Part shown: piece after piece, positions 1 to 16,743 of the stretch
How the letters are laid out: each line of letters opens with the position of its first letter
Position numbering within the stretch: the stretch's first letter is position 1
From: Guillardia theta CCMP2712
Lineage: Eukaryota > Protista > Cryptophyta
Assembly: GCF_000315625.1 (NCBI RefSeq)
Contig: NW_005434667.1
Span: 214,598-278,597, forward strand
Direction of reading: 5' to 3'
Length of the DNA: 64,000 nucleotides
The notes under the pieces: model-generated
What the model saw: the letters and a program-made list of their open reading frames with translations, nothing else
Told to the model about the DNA's origin: nothing
Database searches by the model: none
Translations under genes and position numbers: made by a program

Positions 1-193
1 GGAGGAGGGGAGGGGGGGGAGAGAGGAGCGAGCAGCGAGCAGCGAGGAGAGAGGAAGGGGGAGGGAGGAGAGAGGAGAGAGGAGAGAGGAGAGAGGAGGA
101 GGAGGAGGAGGAGGAGGGGGAGGGAGGAGAGATGCAAGGGAGGAGGGAGGAGGGGGGCGAGTGAGAGGCGAGAGATTGGAGGGCGGAGAGTGG

Positions 194-5290
<5,097 letters not shown>

Positions 5291-5328
5291 TTAACCATCT
5301 GCCGAGGAAATTCCAGGGGCGGCTCTTC

Positions 5329-5428
5329 NNNNNNNNNNNNNNNNNNNNNNNNNNNNNNNNNNNNNNNNNNNNNNNNNNNNNNNNNNNNNNNNNNNNNNNN
5401 NNNNNNNNNNNNNNNNNNNNNNNNNNNN
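5329..5428. other. Assembly gap (100 N) hiding the 3' ends of VPS52 and the nucleotidase
   Basis: Run of N. Confidence 1.
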
Positions 5429-5530
5429 CCTCCCTCCCCGTTTCATTTCTACCACATCATTCTCTCTCTCATCCTCATCCTCCGCCTCATCCTCCTCCTC
5501 CTCCTCCTCCTCCTCCTCCTTCATCTTCAC

Positions 5531-8408
5531 CTTTCCGTTCCCGTCGATGTCGATGGCCTCAAGCATACTGCAAGCACCAGTCAATCCTCCTCCTCTTGGC
5601 TCTCTCCTCCTCCCTTCTCTCCCCCCTTCCTCTACCTGTCGATCAGCTGCTCCGAGGGCTCTTTCCCTGCAGCAGCCTGTCAAGGAGGGGAGGAGAACGA
5701 GGACAAGGACAAGGACCAGGACCTAGGAGGATGAGGAAAAATGGAGGAGGAGAGGGTTACCGAGCTTTCGGGTGACCGCCATGGTAATCTCCTCTCTATC
5801 AAGGTAGCCGCTTCCATCGGCATCCAGGTCTTCGAAGTTCCCAAGCCCCAGCCAGATCTCCTGCGATCCGTCGTCAACCTCTCCTCCTGCTCTCTTTCTC
5901 CCTCCCCTTCTCTCCTTCTGCTCTTCCTCTCTCCTCTCTCCTCTCTCCTCTCTCCTCTCTCTCGCTCTCTCGCTCTCTTACCGACGCCTTATGCTCGAGA
6001 ACAAGTTTGAACGCGAGAGAGAAGACGTTCTCATCTGCTCGCAAGGTCAACCTCTAACCCTCCTTCTCCTCCTTCCTCCTCTTCCTCCCTTTGCCCTTCT
6101 GCTCCCTCCAGTCCTCCTCTCCCTCACTACCAGGAAGTAGCAGTGGGTTCTCCTTGGCCCACGCAACGAGCGGCTTGATGTCGCAGAAACCTGTAGCCTT
6201 TATGAGCTCCTCACCCTCCTTCCTTCTCTCCTACCCCTCTACCTCAACGTTATCATCGACCTACTCCTCCTCCTACTACTACTACTACTACTCTACTACA
6301 CGTTGTATTCCTCATCCTCATCCTCATCCTACTTCTATCTTTATGTCTTTTTCTCCTCTTGCCTGCCAGGAGGTTGCGAGGAAGCGCGACGTTGAAAGTG
6401 TCTTCGTCCCGAACTCTCTTGCCTGCGATAAGCATCAGAAACAAGACGAGGGGAGCCATCGAGGTAAGTGAAGACGAAGTGAAACAGCAGGTAGCAGGTA
6501 GCAGGTAGCAGGTAGCAGGTAGCAGGTAGCAGGTAGCAGGTAGCAGGCAGGAGGTAGCAGGCAGGAGGGGTCAGGATACCATGGACATGGGTTAGGTTGT
6601 TTTCATCGTCTATCGTCATGGAGGGATCGCATTGGAGAAAGCCTCTCTTTTCCATGTGCACAGGCTGAAAGTTTTGTTCAAATCCCATCCCTGAAATTTT
6701 CAAATCTCTCTCATATATACTCACCCCCTCCCTCGAAAACTTGACAGCTTCCTTAATGACCTGTATACAAGTCATCCACCTACTCCCTTCTCCCCACTCT
6801 CTCTCACTTCTCTCCCCCTTTCTGCTTCACTCGATTATTGCTCTTTCCTTCTTCCCCACTTTCACTCTGTCCCGATTACATCCCTTCTCCTAATTTTTGC
6901 AACCCCCCCTCCCTCCTTGATCCTGCCTCCTTCCGCAAGTAACCTCTCCTCCCTTCCTCTCTTCCCTTCCTCTCCTCCCTTCCTCTCCTCCCTTCCGCTC
7001 CTCCCTTCCTCTCCTCTCCTCCCCTCTCCTTCACCTTCCCAGGCATCTCCACCACCACCATCTTGGTCGGAAACGGCAGCTCAGCCTGTAGCTCCCTGCT
7101 CCTCCGTCATTCTCCCCGCAGACGACGCTTCCTCTCGTACATGTAAGTGATCTTCCCGCTCGGGTAATCCCTGCTCCCTCCTATCGTGGCCCCGTTGATC
7201 ATGGCGCAGTCAGCTCCGAGCTCGACCCGGCAGGCCCTGCAGGACCTTGAGGAGAGGACGGGGGGCAGGGGCCTAGAACTCACTCGCATATCAGAGATCC
7301 TACGGTCGTCTGCATCAGCCTCGTCCCCTTGGAGGAGAGGGGAGAGAAGATTGAATCTCGGCCTACCACACAGACGCTCTCGTTCTGCAGCACGCTGCCA
7401 AGAGGTGAGGACAAGGGGAAGAGAGGGAGCGGAAACCTTAGGACGTGGAGATGCTTGTCAAGCACGTCAGCCATCTCCTTATCATGCTCCATGTTGGTGA
7501 TATCCTGTATCCTCGTGTCCTTGTAGATCACTACTTGCCCCTGCGACTCGTCCTTCTCGATCCAAAGGTCGCAGATGGCGACGTTCTCGCAGTTGCAACC
7601 GGCCTTGACGATCGTGCACTCGTTCACATCTCTCACAATCACTTCGTGCTCGTGACCCCCGAGGATCACGGGGAAACCAAACTCCTCGCTCGCGAGCTTC
7701 ACATCCGAAGAAAGGCTCTGATGCGTCAACGGGACTACCAGGTCTACCTTCTCCTTCCGCAACTCCTCTGCTATCTTCCTCGCGCACGGCAAGATCTCTT
7801 CGATCGTGTGCCCCTTGAACGTCGAGTCTCTGAACGCTCCTGGCTCCTGCAGCACGAGGCCCAACAGCCCGAGCTTGACGCCTCCCGCCGTCGTCACCAC
7901 GTCGAATCTCTTGGTGAGGTCGGGAAACAAGGAGGGCATGTTGGAGTTCAGCCAGACCCCTCGGAACTCTCCGACGCGCTTCGAGAGCTCCTTGAGGTTC
8001 AGGTCGGCCTCATGGTTCCCGAAGCAGACGTGAGTCACCTGCAGCCGCTGGGGATCACGGGGAGGCTGCGGCAGGTAGCCATGAAGAGACTTACACCGAG
8101 ATGGTTGAGACAGTCCACCATGGCGCGACCCTTGTCGAGCGGCGAGAGAGCATTGGGCGAGACGAAGTCTCCGTTCAACACCTGCAGCAAGACAAGTGAG
8201 ACGACGAGACCGACGACCTCGCGCCTACTGTAAGAGTGAGATGCGGCCCGGCACGGAGTTGCTTGAGGAGCCTTGCGAGCGCCGGAAAATGTCGAAACTT
8301 TGGGTTTGAGGAGAGCAAATCATCAGCAATATGGCTGACATGTCGAGTTGATACCTCGTATACATCGTTGAAGCTGACGATCCGTATGAGCTCCCTTCCT
8401 CCCTTCAT
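5531..8408 (-). CDS. 5'-nucleotidase/apyrase-family metallophosphoesterase with a C-terminal EF-hand pair (3' end in gap)
   Basis: Motifs SFNDVYE, LNGDFVSP, FGNHEAD, LTHQ and GGHEH. The C-domain has GADCAMINGATI and ELPFPTKMVVVEMPG. Downstream exons give FEDLDADGSGYLDREEI (5760-5860) and LEAIDIDGNGK (5531-5567). Confidence 0.88.
6487..6560 (+). repeat. (GCAGGTA)n heptamer repeat, intronic
   Basis: Direct inspection. Confidence 0.9.
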
Positions 8409-9064
8409 GTCGAACTGAACTCCCCTGTTGGACTGTTGTGCTCAGGATCTTCTCCTCCCAGTCTTCCTACTCGCGACTCACAAAGAAGCTCTTCCTCTCC
8501 CTCTTCCTCTCGCTGCTCTCCCTCTCTCCTGCTTCTCTCCTTCGCTCTTCCGCTCCCTTCTCCTACACCCCTTCCCCCGTCTCCCTTACCGTCTCCTTCC
8601 CCACAAACCAAAAAAGATTTTTTATCTTTTCTTTTTAGCTTTTACGGGGGCCGAAAAAAATGCTGGGGAGACCCTGCGCTCGGATGAGGTAAGTGAGAGG
8701 CGGGGGGATGGGGAGGAAGAGAGCATGTCGGGTGTTGGAGATGTCAGACTCCAAGGATGCAGTAAGATGGTTGGAGGCGGACATGGCAGAAGGGAGGTTG
8801 AGATACAGTGAGTGACGAGGGACTGCTCTTTGGTGTTTGTGCCTGATGAGTGTGCTACGTGCGTGTTGTTTTGTTGCTACTCTGCAGGACATCTTGTGAT
8901 TTTTGGCATTTCAAATGCATCTGTGCTGTTATTTGCTTTACAAAAGCATTATTCGTCTGTCACAGAGTAGACACTGCCTGCAACATTCCAACTGTGACCA
9001 CAAGAATATTCGTTTCAAACCTGTCCTCCACAAACATGACCTTCGATCCTTTCTTATTCTAATC

Positions 9065-10143
9065 ATGCTGTGTACACGCAGGCCTGCGTTTGTATCCTTG
9101 GTCATTCCATTCCGCTCCATCATCTTACACCAAATGTCATCATCAGCGTCGTCGAGCTCGACTTCAGATGGGTGAGGTTTGTGTTTGTGTTAAGCAGATT
9201 CATAACACATGGCTTCCAGGAATCAGCTGGTGCAAGAAGTGTTCTGGGAGAAGATGTGGACAAAGGATGGTATTCTACAGCCGGGCCAGGCGTTCGACAT
9301 GGGACGTTGCAGTCCTGTCTTGACAAACTTGTTGAAACAAAGGGAGCAGACTTGCAAATCCAAGGACATGCACGTATGGAAGTGTTCTCATGCTAACTCG
9401 TATGAATACGTACAACAGGCGTTGGTTCCTGGATGTGGACGAGGATACGACGTCTTTGAGTTTGCTCGATTCGGTTACACGGCCCTGGGTATCGACTTGT
9501 CGACGACCGCGGTGCATGAAGCGACCAAGTCTGAGAGGATGTGAGGAAAGGGTTTTGCTCTGATTCCAAACAGGTTGAAAGATGAGATCTCTGCAAAGGA
9601 AAAGCTGCCGGGCGACGCAAGCTTCTCCCTGCAGAACTTCTACGAGCTCCAGGTCGAGTTGAGACTCTACAACTTCCAACCTGAAAGCGCCTTGTGAAGC
9701 CGCCGAAAGAAGGTTTTGACATCATATGGGATTACACGTTTCTTTGCGCCATGCCGCCGGAATTCAGAGAGAAATGGGCAAAGAACATGAGACGACTCAT
9801 CGCACCAGACGGCGAGCTTGTCACCTTGATCTATCCTCTAGGTGTTTCCTCCCCGCGTTTTTTCAGTAGGGCTGATAGGGGAGCAGGGGATTACGAGGGA
9901 GGGCCTCCCTACGCCATGTCGCGCGAGCTGGTCAGCAGCCTCCTCGAACCTCAGGCACTCTCCTCGAAGCTGAGAAAAGACGATGACGTGGTGCAGGGGT
10001 TCGAGTCGACTTACATGGAGCCGGTGACCGGAGGTCTGAGCCACCCGAGCAGGGAAGGAAAGGAGGTCTGTTCAGTGTGACAGAGTTCTGTTCGTCTAAG
10101 CGCTTGCTTCAAGGTTCTTGCTAGATGGAAGGTCAAGAACTGA
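9065..10143 (+). CDS. SAM-dependent thiol/halide methyltransferase (TPMT/HOL family); start at 9065 or 9134
   Basis: WEKMW...FDMGRCSPVL, ALVPGCGRGYDV, GIDLS, FDIIWDYTFLCAMPPEFREKWA, GELVTLIYP, GGPPY, REGKE|VLARWK*. Confidence 0.9.
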
Positions 10144-10149
10144 GAATCA

Positions 10150-10534
10150 GAGCAAGAGTCTGCAACGTCAGCCTTCTGTCGACCATGACATCAATCATTG
10201 CGAGCAACATTGAATGACATTTCACAACCAGCTGAAACATCAATTTTCAACCGCTTGTGTCTCACCTGCTTCACCTCCACTCTAGATGCCCTCTTTGCAC
10301 ATTGCTCATGTCTCTTTTCTTCGTATCTCTTCTTGTCCTCGACGTCTTGATTCCGATTCGACCGAGACTGAGTGTTGATCTTGATAACAAAAGGACGAGG
10401 TAGAGCGACACGGCTCACAAGTAGGAGGACAGAGGCAATGCAGTTATCCGAACGGATCGAGAAGGTGGAAAAGAGAGATGACAGTGGTGATGGTGGAGTA
10501 GCGACGGTGAGGAGGAGGAGGAGGAGGAGGAGGA

Positions 10535-10571
<37 letters not shown>

Positions 10572-10620
10572 GAGCAGCAGATGTCTCTGCCAGAGAGGTC
10601 TGTTGGCCCTTGAAGAATCG
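10150..10620 (-). CDS. Possible small spliced minus-strand gene, product unknown
   Basis: Two canonical-looking short minus-strand introns (gtgagccg...actcag at about 10418-10368 and gtgagaca...tttcag at about 10265-10232) lie in ORF 10191-10571. No recognisable domain. Confidence 0.3.
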
Positions 10621-11566
10621 CAGGATAGTATCCTGTGGAAATTTATAGCAACCCCCTTTTTACATGGATATATTCATCCTTGGGTAAATTTTTTTTGGTC
10701 GCGATTTTGTACCTGTGGCCCTGACTAAAAGTTTTTACAGCATATTTGATATCTAATTTTACCTCATAAAACCATTTTGTGAAGCCATATCAGGATTTTA
10801 TAAACAGTTTTAAGGTATTCTCTAAAACTACCGTTTGTAGGCCCCATCCCACCCCCACCCATTACTCATCTGTTGGTTTACTGGATATGAAGGGGGTGGG
10901 GTGGGGGGCCAGAAAGACGGAGACTGAGCGAAGACGCAGCGTCATGGAGGAGATGCTGTAGGAGGAGGAGGAGACAGATGAGGAGGACGAAGACGACGTC
11001 AAGATGAGAAGGAACGTGTGCAGATACAAGACGAGATGATGAGTAGTGCAGCAGAAGCATCCTCAGAGGTGGAAGAGACAGCACAAGGGCTAGAAGAGAA
11101 TAGGATGATGAGGACTGGAATGGGCGGAACATTAGATGTAGATTGAGCAACAGTAGCTCATGGTAGGTGAGATAAAGTTTCCAATAGATGATGATTATGC
11201 TTCACCCTCGTAAAGATGCATAAAATGCAGGGTCAAACGCTGATGCAATCACGGGAGTGAAAGTGTTCTGAGGTGAAGCAAAGTGTGAATCTAAAAAGCG
11301 AGGAGATTGAAACATCAAGTTTCCTCGCCAACTCAGCAATGAAATAGACATAGAGCAAGAAACTCCACTAGCTGAGCTCAGAGTGGCAGGGACATTTCAA
11401 TTTCATTGGACGAATGTTGAAAGCATTCAGCTGAATTGAGTTGCAGATCTGAAATCTTAAGAGGGCCTTGAAACGCGTGTCACCTAGATTGAAACTCTCA
11501 ATGCCACAACGATGAAGACGCCAAGTCGATGAAGTAAGTCAGAAACTTGTCGGTTGTGAGGGCATC

Positions 11567-14403
11567 ATGCAAAATCAAAACATGTCTCTGGACCAGTGGG
11601 GGAGTGAGCAGAGCAAAAGCTTCAAGCCCAATGAACAGATGCTGATCGGTCATGGGCAGATTGCTGGGCAACAGTTTGTGACTAACGGACAGACGAATCG
11701 TTCAGAGGTCGCTCACGATTCGCTTGTGAATGAACTCATGAATGAAGTCGAAGCCAAGCGCAATGAGCTCGAGCACATGACCATATCTGTGGTGCAGTGG
11801 AAGCAGAGCTTCAAAGATAAGTTGCAGCAAGAGAAGAACGAGATACAGCGAGACGCGGCGAGAGCGGAGGCCGTCCACATGTTCGATAAGACGATGCTGC
11901 AAGAGAAGATGTCTCAACGGATCCTCCATGTCTACCACCATCTCTGTACTGCCGTCGCCTTTCAGAAACTGAGAGAAAATCGCAAGCAGTCGCTGTGGTT
12001 GCAACGGGTGAAGGAGCTGAAGCACAATAACGAGAACCTCAAGGAGGAGCTCGAGATCGCCTCCTCCAACTCCCTCAACCTCTCCACGGACTTCTCTCAG
12101 AACGAGCTGGTGCAGCGAATCAACTCCTCCCTCTCTTGCTTGATCAGCATCGCCGAGGGCAACGACAACGAGCAGGAGGGAGGATGGGTCCTGTCCGATG
12201 TTGTCAGCGTCGGCAACGCGCTGGTGGCGGAGAAGCTTCGGAGTCTCCTGATGGTGATCAGAAAGTTGCGGGAGGATGAAGCTGCGCTGCAGCAGCAGGT
12301 CGAAAGTCTTTCGCGCGGTCACCCTGCCATCGCCTACCTCCAGGTGCCCCATGGAGTTTGAGGACAGAAGAGGCGAACTGACATGGTTGTTGTTAGGAGC
12401 GAGTGTCGGACCTGGAAAAGGAAGTGCTGTCTAAGAAGAATACCATCAGCTCTCTCAACCTGCGATTAGACACTGAACAAGAACTGCACAGAGAGATTCT
12501 GAGGACCAACTACGGTCACGAGGTAGCGATTTTCCAGAGCTCAAGGCAAGTCTGACCTGCTGCAGACCAAGTCTCTGGCCGAGAAGGTGCTGAAGTTGGA
12601 GGAGGAGAACATCACGCTGAGGAAGAAGCTACGGGAGTTTGAAGATTCCTTCGAGTACTACAACACCGTGGAGTCGGCAAAGATACCAGAGAATGCAAAG
12701 AACGAAAGAGATGGTCAAGATATGAAAGCTGGTGCATCTGCTGGATGTATGTAGTATCTTGCTCACTTTGGGATCCAGGGAACATGGACAAGAGGCTCAA
12801 GGTCTTGGAGGAGGAGTTGAGGATAAGGATAGTCGAATCTTCGAAGTACAAAGCAGAGCTTGATGACATGAAGAAAGCAAGAGCATCGAGAGATACGGCG
12901 AGTGTGGATGGTGTCGAGTTGAGGGAGCTCAAGCAACAGAAGGCTGCAGCCGAGAAACGCGCAGAGGAGGCTGGTGAGGCTGAGATGAGTGTTGTTTCAA
13001 CGGGTTGTGACCCGTAGGATCGCAGAGGCGAATCTCAAGACTGAGCAGCAGAACATGTGGAGGTTGAAACAAGACTTCAAACAGCTCGAGGCCAGACTCT
13101 CCGAGACTGGCACACACAGGGCCGAGAACCACTCGAGCGCGAACTCACCGAAGCTTTACTCTCGAGACTCTCAGAACAGCAACTTCTCAGCTTACTCCTC
13201 TCCAGCTAGCTTCGAGCTGCAGAGAATGCAGAGAGAGCTGAAGATCATGTCGGAGCTGAAGGAAGCAGCGTTGCAATCGCTGGACAGCTTGAGATCAGAG
13301 ATGGTGGATGGGATAACCAGCATCGACTTCTCCAACCTCCGTATCGAGAGCGAGATAGGAAGCGGCAGCTTTGCAAGAGTGAGCTTCGCAAGAGTCTCCG
13401 GTGTTGGCTTGTCTGACCTGTTGGCTCGCAGGTCTTCAGAGGCGAATGGACGAGACCCTGCGCCATCAAGAAGCTCAGAGTTCTCTCCAATCGGAGACAA
13501 CTTCATGACTTCTACAGAGAAGCTCAAATCTTGCAGTGAGCGCTTGACGTGCGCCGTCAGTCCCGTGCTGAAAAGATTGCAGGATGTCCAACCATTCAGG
13601 GATTGTCAAACTCATGGGAATCTGCATGAACATTCCGGATTTGTATCTAGTGACAGAGTTGGTTGTCGGTGGATCGTTGGAGGACTTGCTACACGTCGAG
13701 AAGCGAAGGCTGTCTGGGACTGAAATCCTGAGCATCAGCATGCAGATCTCTGACGCCATGCAATTCCTGCACATGGCGAACATAGTCCATCGAGACCTGA
13801 AGCCGAGCAACTGCCTGGTAGGACCTTGTTCTTGTTGCTCCTCCCACTCACTCACTCCCAGATCGACCATCATGGGGTTGTCAAACTTTGTGACTTTGGT
13901 CTTGCGCGGGTGCTGGGGCGGGAGATGTCGCGCAACAGCGAGTCTCGACGAGCAGGCACCCCCGTGTACCTCGCGCCGGAGGCTCTGGCAGGTGCCCCCA
14001 CCACCAACAAGGTCGACATATACAGGTGAAGCAGCAGCCCCAGCAGAGGCTCAAGAGCTCGTCTGACCCTCCTTCTCAGCTTCGCCATCATCTGCTGGGA
14101 GATGCACACGGGCGAGCAAGCGTGGTTTGCGCTCGACTACACCCACATGGCCACCATCGTGCTCAGAGACCATGGAAGGCCCATCATCCCTCCCGACATG
14201 TCGCGCGAGTGGAAGGAGCTTATCGGGGTGTGCTGGGCTCAGGACCCGGGGGATCGACCCTCCTTCACCGCCATCATCGTGTCGCTGACGGAGATGGGTA
14301 AGAGTCTCCTGCTGCCGATGCCGAGTGACTTGACCTCGAAGGCGCTCCGAAACCGATCCGGCATGGTAAGAACACGCCGTTCAAGAACGTCGAGCTTGTT
14401 TGA
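11567..14403 (+). CDS. Tyrosine-kinase-like (TKL/Raf-like) protein kinase with a long N-terminal coiled coil
   Basis: IGSGSFARV, AIKKL, HRDLKPSN, DFGLAR, AGTPVYLAPE and CWAQDPGDRPSF. N-terminal exons are E/K/Q/L-rich heptads. Spliced stop at 14401-14403. Confidence 0.9.
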
Positions 14404-14580
14404 GCAGTTTGTACAATTTCATTCTTCTCTTAAAAAGTTGTGAATGAGGGAGAGGCCGCAGTGCGATCGAGCTCTTCCACGTTGCGATAACGTCGAGCAA
14501 CAAACAGATTAAACAAATTATTCAGCCTTCATCAGGCGATTCATTCCAAAAACAATCGCCGCCTCTCTTCGAAGGGTATT

Positions 14581-16743
14581 CTACATCTTCGCCGCACGCG
14601 GTGGGCCAAACTTAGGCTGGACATCCTTGTTGACGAGGTTACCCGCAGGAGGGCTGCCGTCCAAGGCAGCGATAACTGCTCCTGCGATCTCAGCGCCCAC
14701 TCTGTTCTGAGCCTCGATGGTGCTGGCTCCGATGTGTGGGGAGGCCTGGAACCTGTCCGACTCGAAGAGAGGGCTCTTGCCGCAAGGCTCCACCTCAAAC
14801 ACATCCAAGGCCAGCGAGTTGAGCTTGCCGCTCTTGAGAGCAGCTGCAGCTGCCTCTTCGTCGATGATGCCTCCGCGTCCGCAGTTGACGATGTGGTTTC
14901 CACACTTGGTACCATCCGGTGCCACTCCAGGCATCAACCCAATCATCTCAGTGTTAACCATGTGCCTGGTCTGCGGGGAGAGGAACGCGTGGATGGTAAT
15001 GTGGGTGCAAGCTCTGAAGACATCCTGCACTGTAGCATGCCTGGTGGCGTTGAAGTTCGCCAAGACGCTGTCAGGGAGGAAGGGATCGTACACATGGATG
15101 TTCATCCCAAGAGCCAAAGCGACACGGCCAAGGGCCTGACCAATCCTGCCAAATCCGATGAAGCCCAGATTCTTGCCGGCGAGCTCGTGTCCCACAAGTT
15201 CATTCTTCAACCACTTGCCGTCTCTCAAAGTACGATCGGCCCGAGTGATCTGTCGAGCCTGGGCAAGAAGATGTCCAAGCGCTAGTTCTACCACCGAGTT
15301 GGTTGCACTGAGCGGGGAGTTCACCACCATGACACCAGCTGCCGAGGCTGCCTTCAGGTCGACGTTGTCCACACCAACTCCAGCACGAGCGATCAATCGA
15401 AGCTTGCTTCCTGCTTTCTCGGCAGTTGCCTTGATAATTGCAGCAGTCAACTTGGTTGCAGAACGAATGATGATTGCATCCCACTCCGCGAGGGCTCCCG
15501 CAGCGAGCTCCTCCTTGCTCAACTTCTTCTTCACGACCTCGTGGCCGGCAGAAGACAAGGCCTTGACAGCACCGTCAGCTAGACCATCGGTGATGATGAT
15601 TCTCATCTTCTTGACATCTCCATTCTTGATCTTGGTATGTGCATAGTCAACCCATTGCATGAGAGCGTTGACATCCGCAGTCTCCACAGTGGGTCCACAC
15701 CAGATGCGCAAGCCGGCAGGGGCGTCACGATAAGCCCCAATGTCATAGGCAACCTTGTTCCTCTCCAGCAGGGAAAGCATGGTCTTAACCTGATCCTTGC
15801 TCAGGTCGTTGATCACTAAGCACACGCTGGTGTTGGACACGGTGGCAGGGTCCTTAGCCAAAAATTGAATCCAAGGGTTCTTCTCAACAAAGGATTTCAC
15901 AACATTGAAATTTCTCATAGAACGCTGGATCAATCCATCCAATCCACCACATCCCTTGGCCCATTTCAAAGCATCAAGGTAATCTTCAAAGCAAGCCATG
16001 GATGGAGTGTTGATGACGTCTCCCTCAAAGATAGCCTTGTCCAACTTCCCACCCTTGGTCAAGCGGAAAATCTTTGGAAGAGGCCATGCGGGCTTGTAGG
16101 ATTCCAAACGCTGCACCGTTCGTGGAGAGATGACAAGCATGCCATGTGCACCTTCTCCACCAAGGCACTTCTGCCAGGAGTAGGTCAACACATCAATCTT
16201 GCTCCAGGGGATATCCATCGCGAAGGCTGCAGATGTCGCATCGCAGATAGAAAGTCCTCCACGATTATCGGGAATCCAATCACCATTTGGGACCTTCACA
16301 CCACTGGTGGTTCCGTTCCAAGTGAAGACAACATCGTCATTCCAATCGATGCTCTTGAGGTCGGGAAGTTCTCCGAATGGTGCCTTGAGATTGCGCAGCT
16401 TGGGGAGTTTCAGTTGCTTCTCAGCATCGGTAAACCATCCAGAGCCAAATGACTCCCAATGGCATACAGTGACACCCCTCGGGCCCAACAATTGCCACAT
16501 CATCATCTCTACAGCACCAGTATCCGATGCTGGAACCATGGCTACGAGGTAATCCTTGGGAATCTTCAGGATTTCTTTTGTCAGGCGCATGCTCTCCTTG
16601 ATCTTGTTCTTTCCGATCGCTGCGCGATGGGATCTTCCGAAAGGAGCATCAGCATATGCAACTCCGGGATTGAACCCAGGGCGCTTGGCACAAGGCCCAG
16701 ACGAGAAGTTGGGACACGCCGGTTTGGGAGGGGGAGCAGACAT
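14581..16743 (-). CDS. serC-serA: Bifunctional phosphoserine aminotransferase (Methanosarcina-type SerC) / D-3-phosphoglycerate dehydrogenase (SerA) fusion, intronless CDS
   Basis: The N-half has [36 protein letters not shown] and SWQK (PLP lysine). The C-half has [35 protein letters not shown] and PHIGAST. Single ORF. Confidence 0.95.
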   Translation of the reverse strand: MSAPPPKPACPNFSSGPCAKRPGFNPGVAYADAPFGRSHRAAIGKNKIKESMRLTKEILKIPKDYLVAMVPASDTGAVEMMMWQLLGPRGVTVCHWESFGSGWFTDAEKQLKLPKLRNLKAPFGELPDLKSIDWNDDVVFTWNGTTSGVKVPNGDWIPDNRGGLSICDATSAAFAMDIPWSKIDVLTYSWQKCLGGEGAHGMLVISPRTVQRLESYKPAWPLPKIFRLTKGGKLDKAIFEGDVINTPSMACFEDYLDALKWAKGCGGLDGLIQRSMRNFNVVKSFVEKNPWIQFLAKDPATVSNTSVCLVINDLSKDQVKTMLSLLERNKVAYDIGAYRDAPAGLRIWCGPTVETADVNALMQWVDYAHTKIKNGDVKKMRIIITDGLADGAVKALSSAGHEVVKKKLSKEELAAGALAEWDAIIIRSATKLTAAIIKATAEKAGSKLRLIARAGVGVDNVDLKAASAAGVMVVNSPLSATNSVVELALGHLLAQARQITRADRTLRDGKWLKNELVGHELAGKNLGFIGFGRIGQALGRVALALGMNIHVYDPFLPDSVLANFNATRHATVQDVFRACTHITIHAFLSPQTRHMVNTEMIGLMPGVAPDGTKCGNHIVNCGRGGIIDEEAAAAALKSGKLNSLALDVFEVEPCGKSPLFESDRFQASPHIGASTIEAQNRVGAEIAGAVIAALDGSPPAGNLVNKDVQPKFGPPRAAKM

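Noticed and set aside
10878-11150. 90-aa hydrophobic minus-strand ORF
   Set aside because: Non-ATG start and pyrimidine-rich low complexity, with no domain or splice support.
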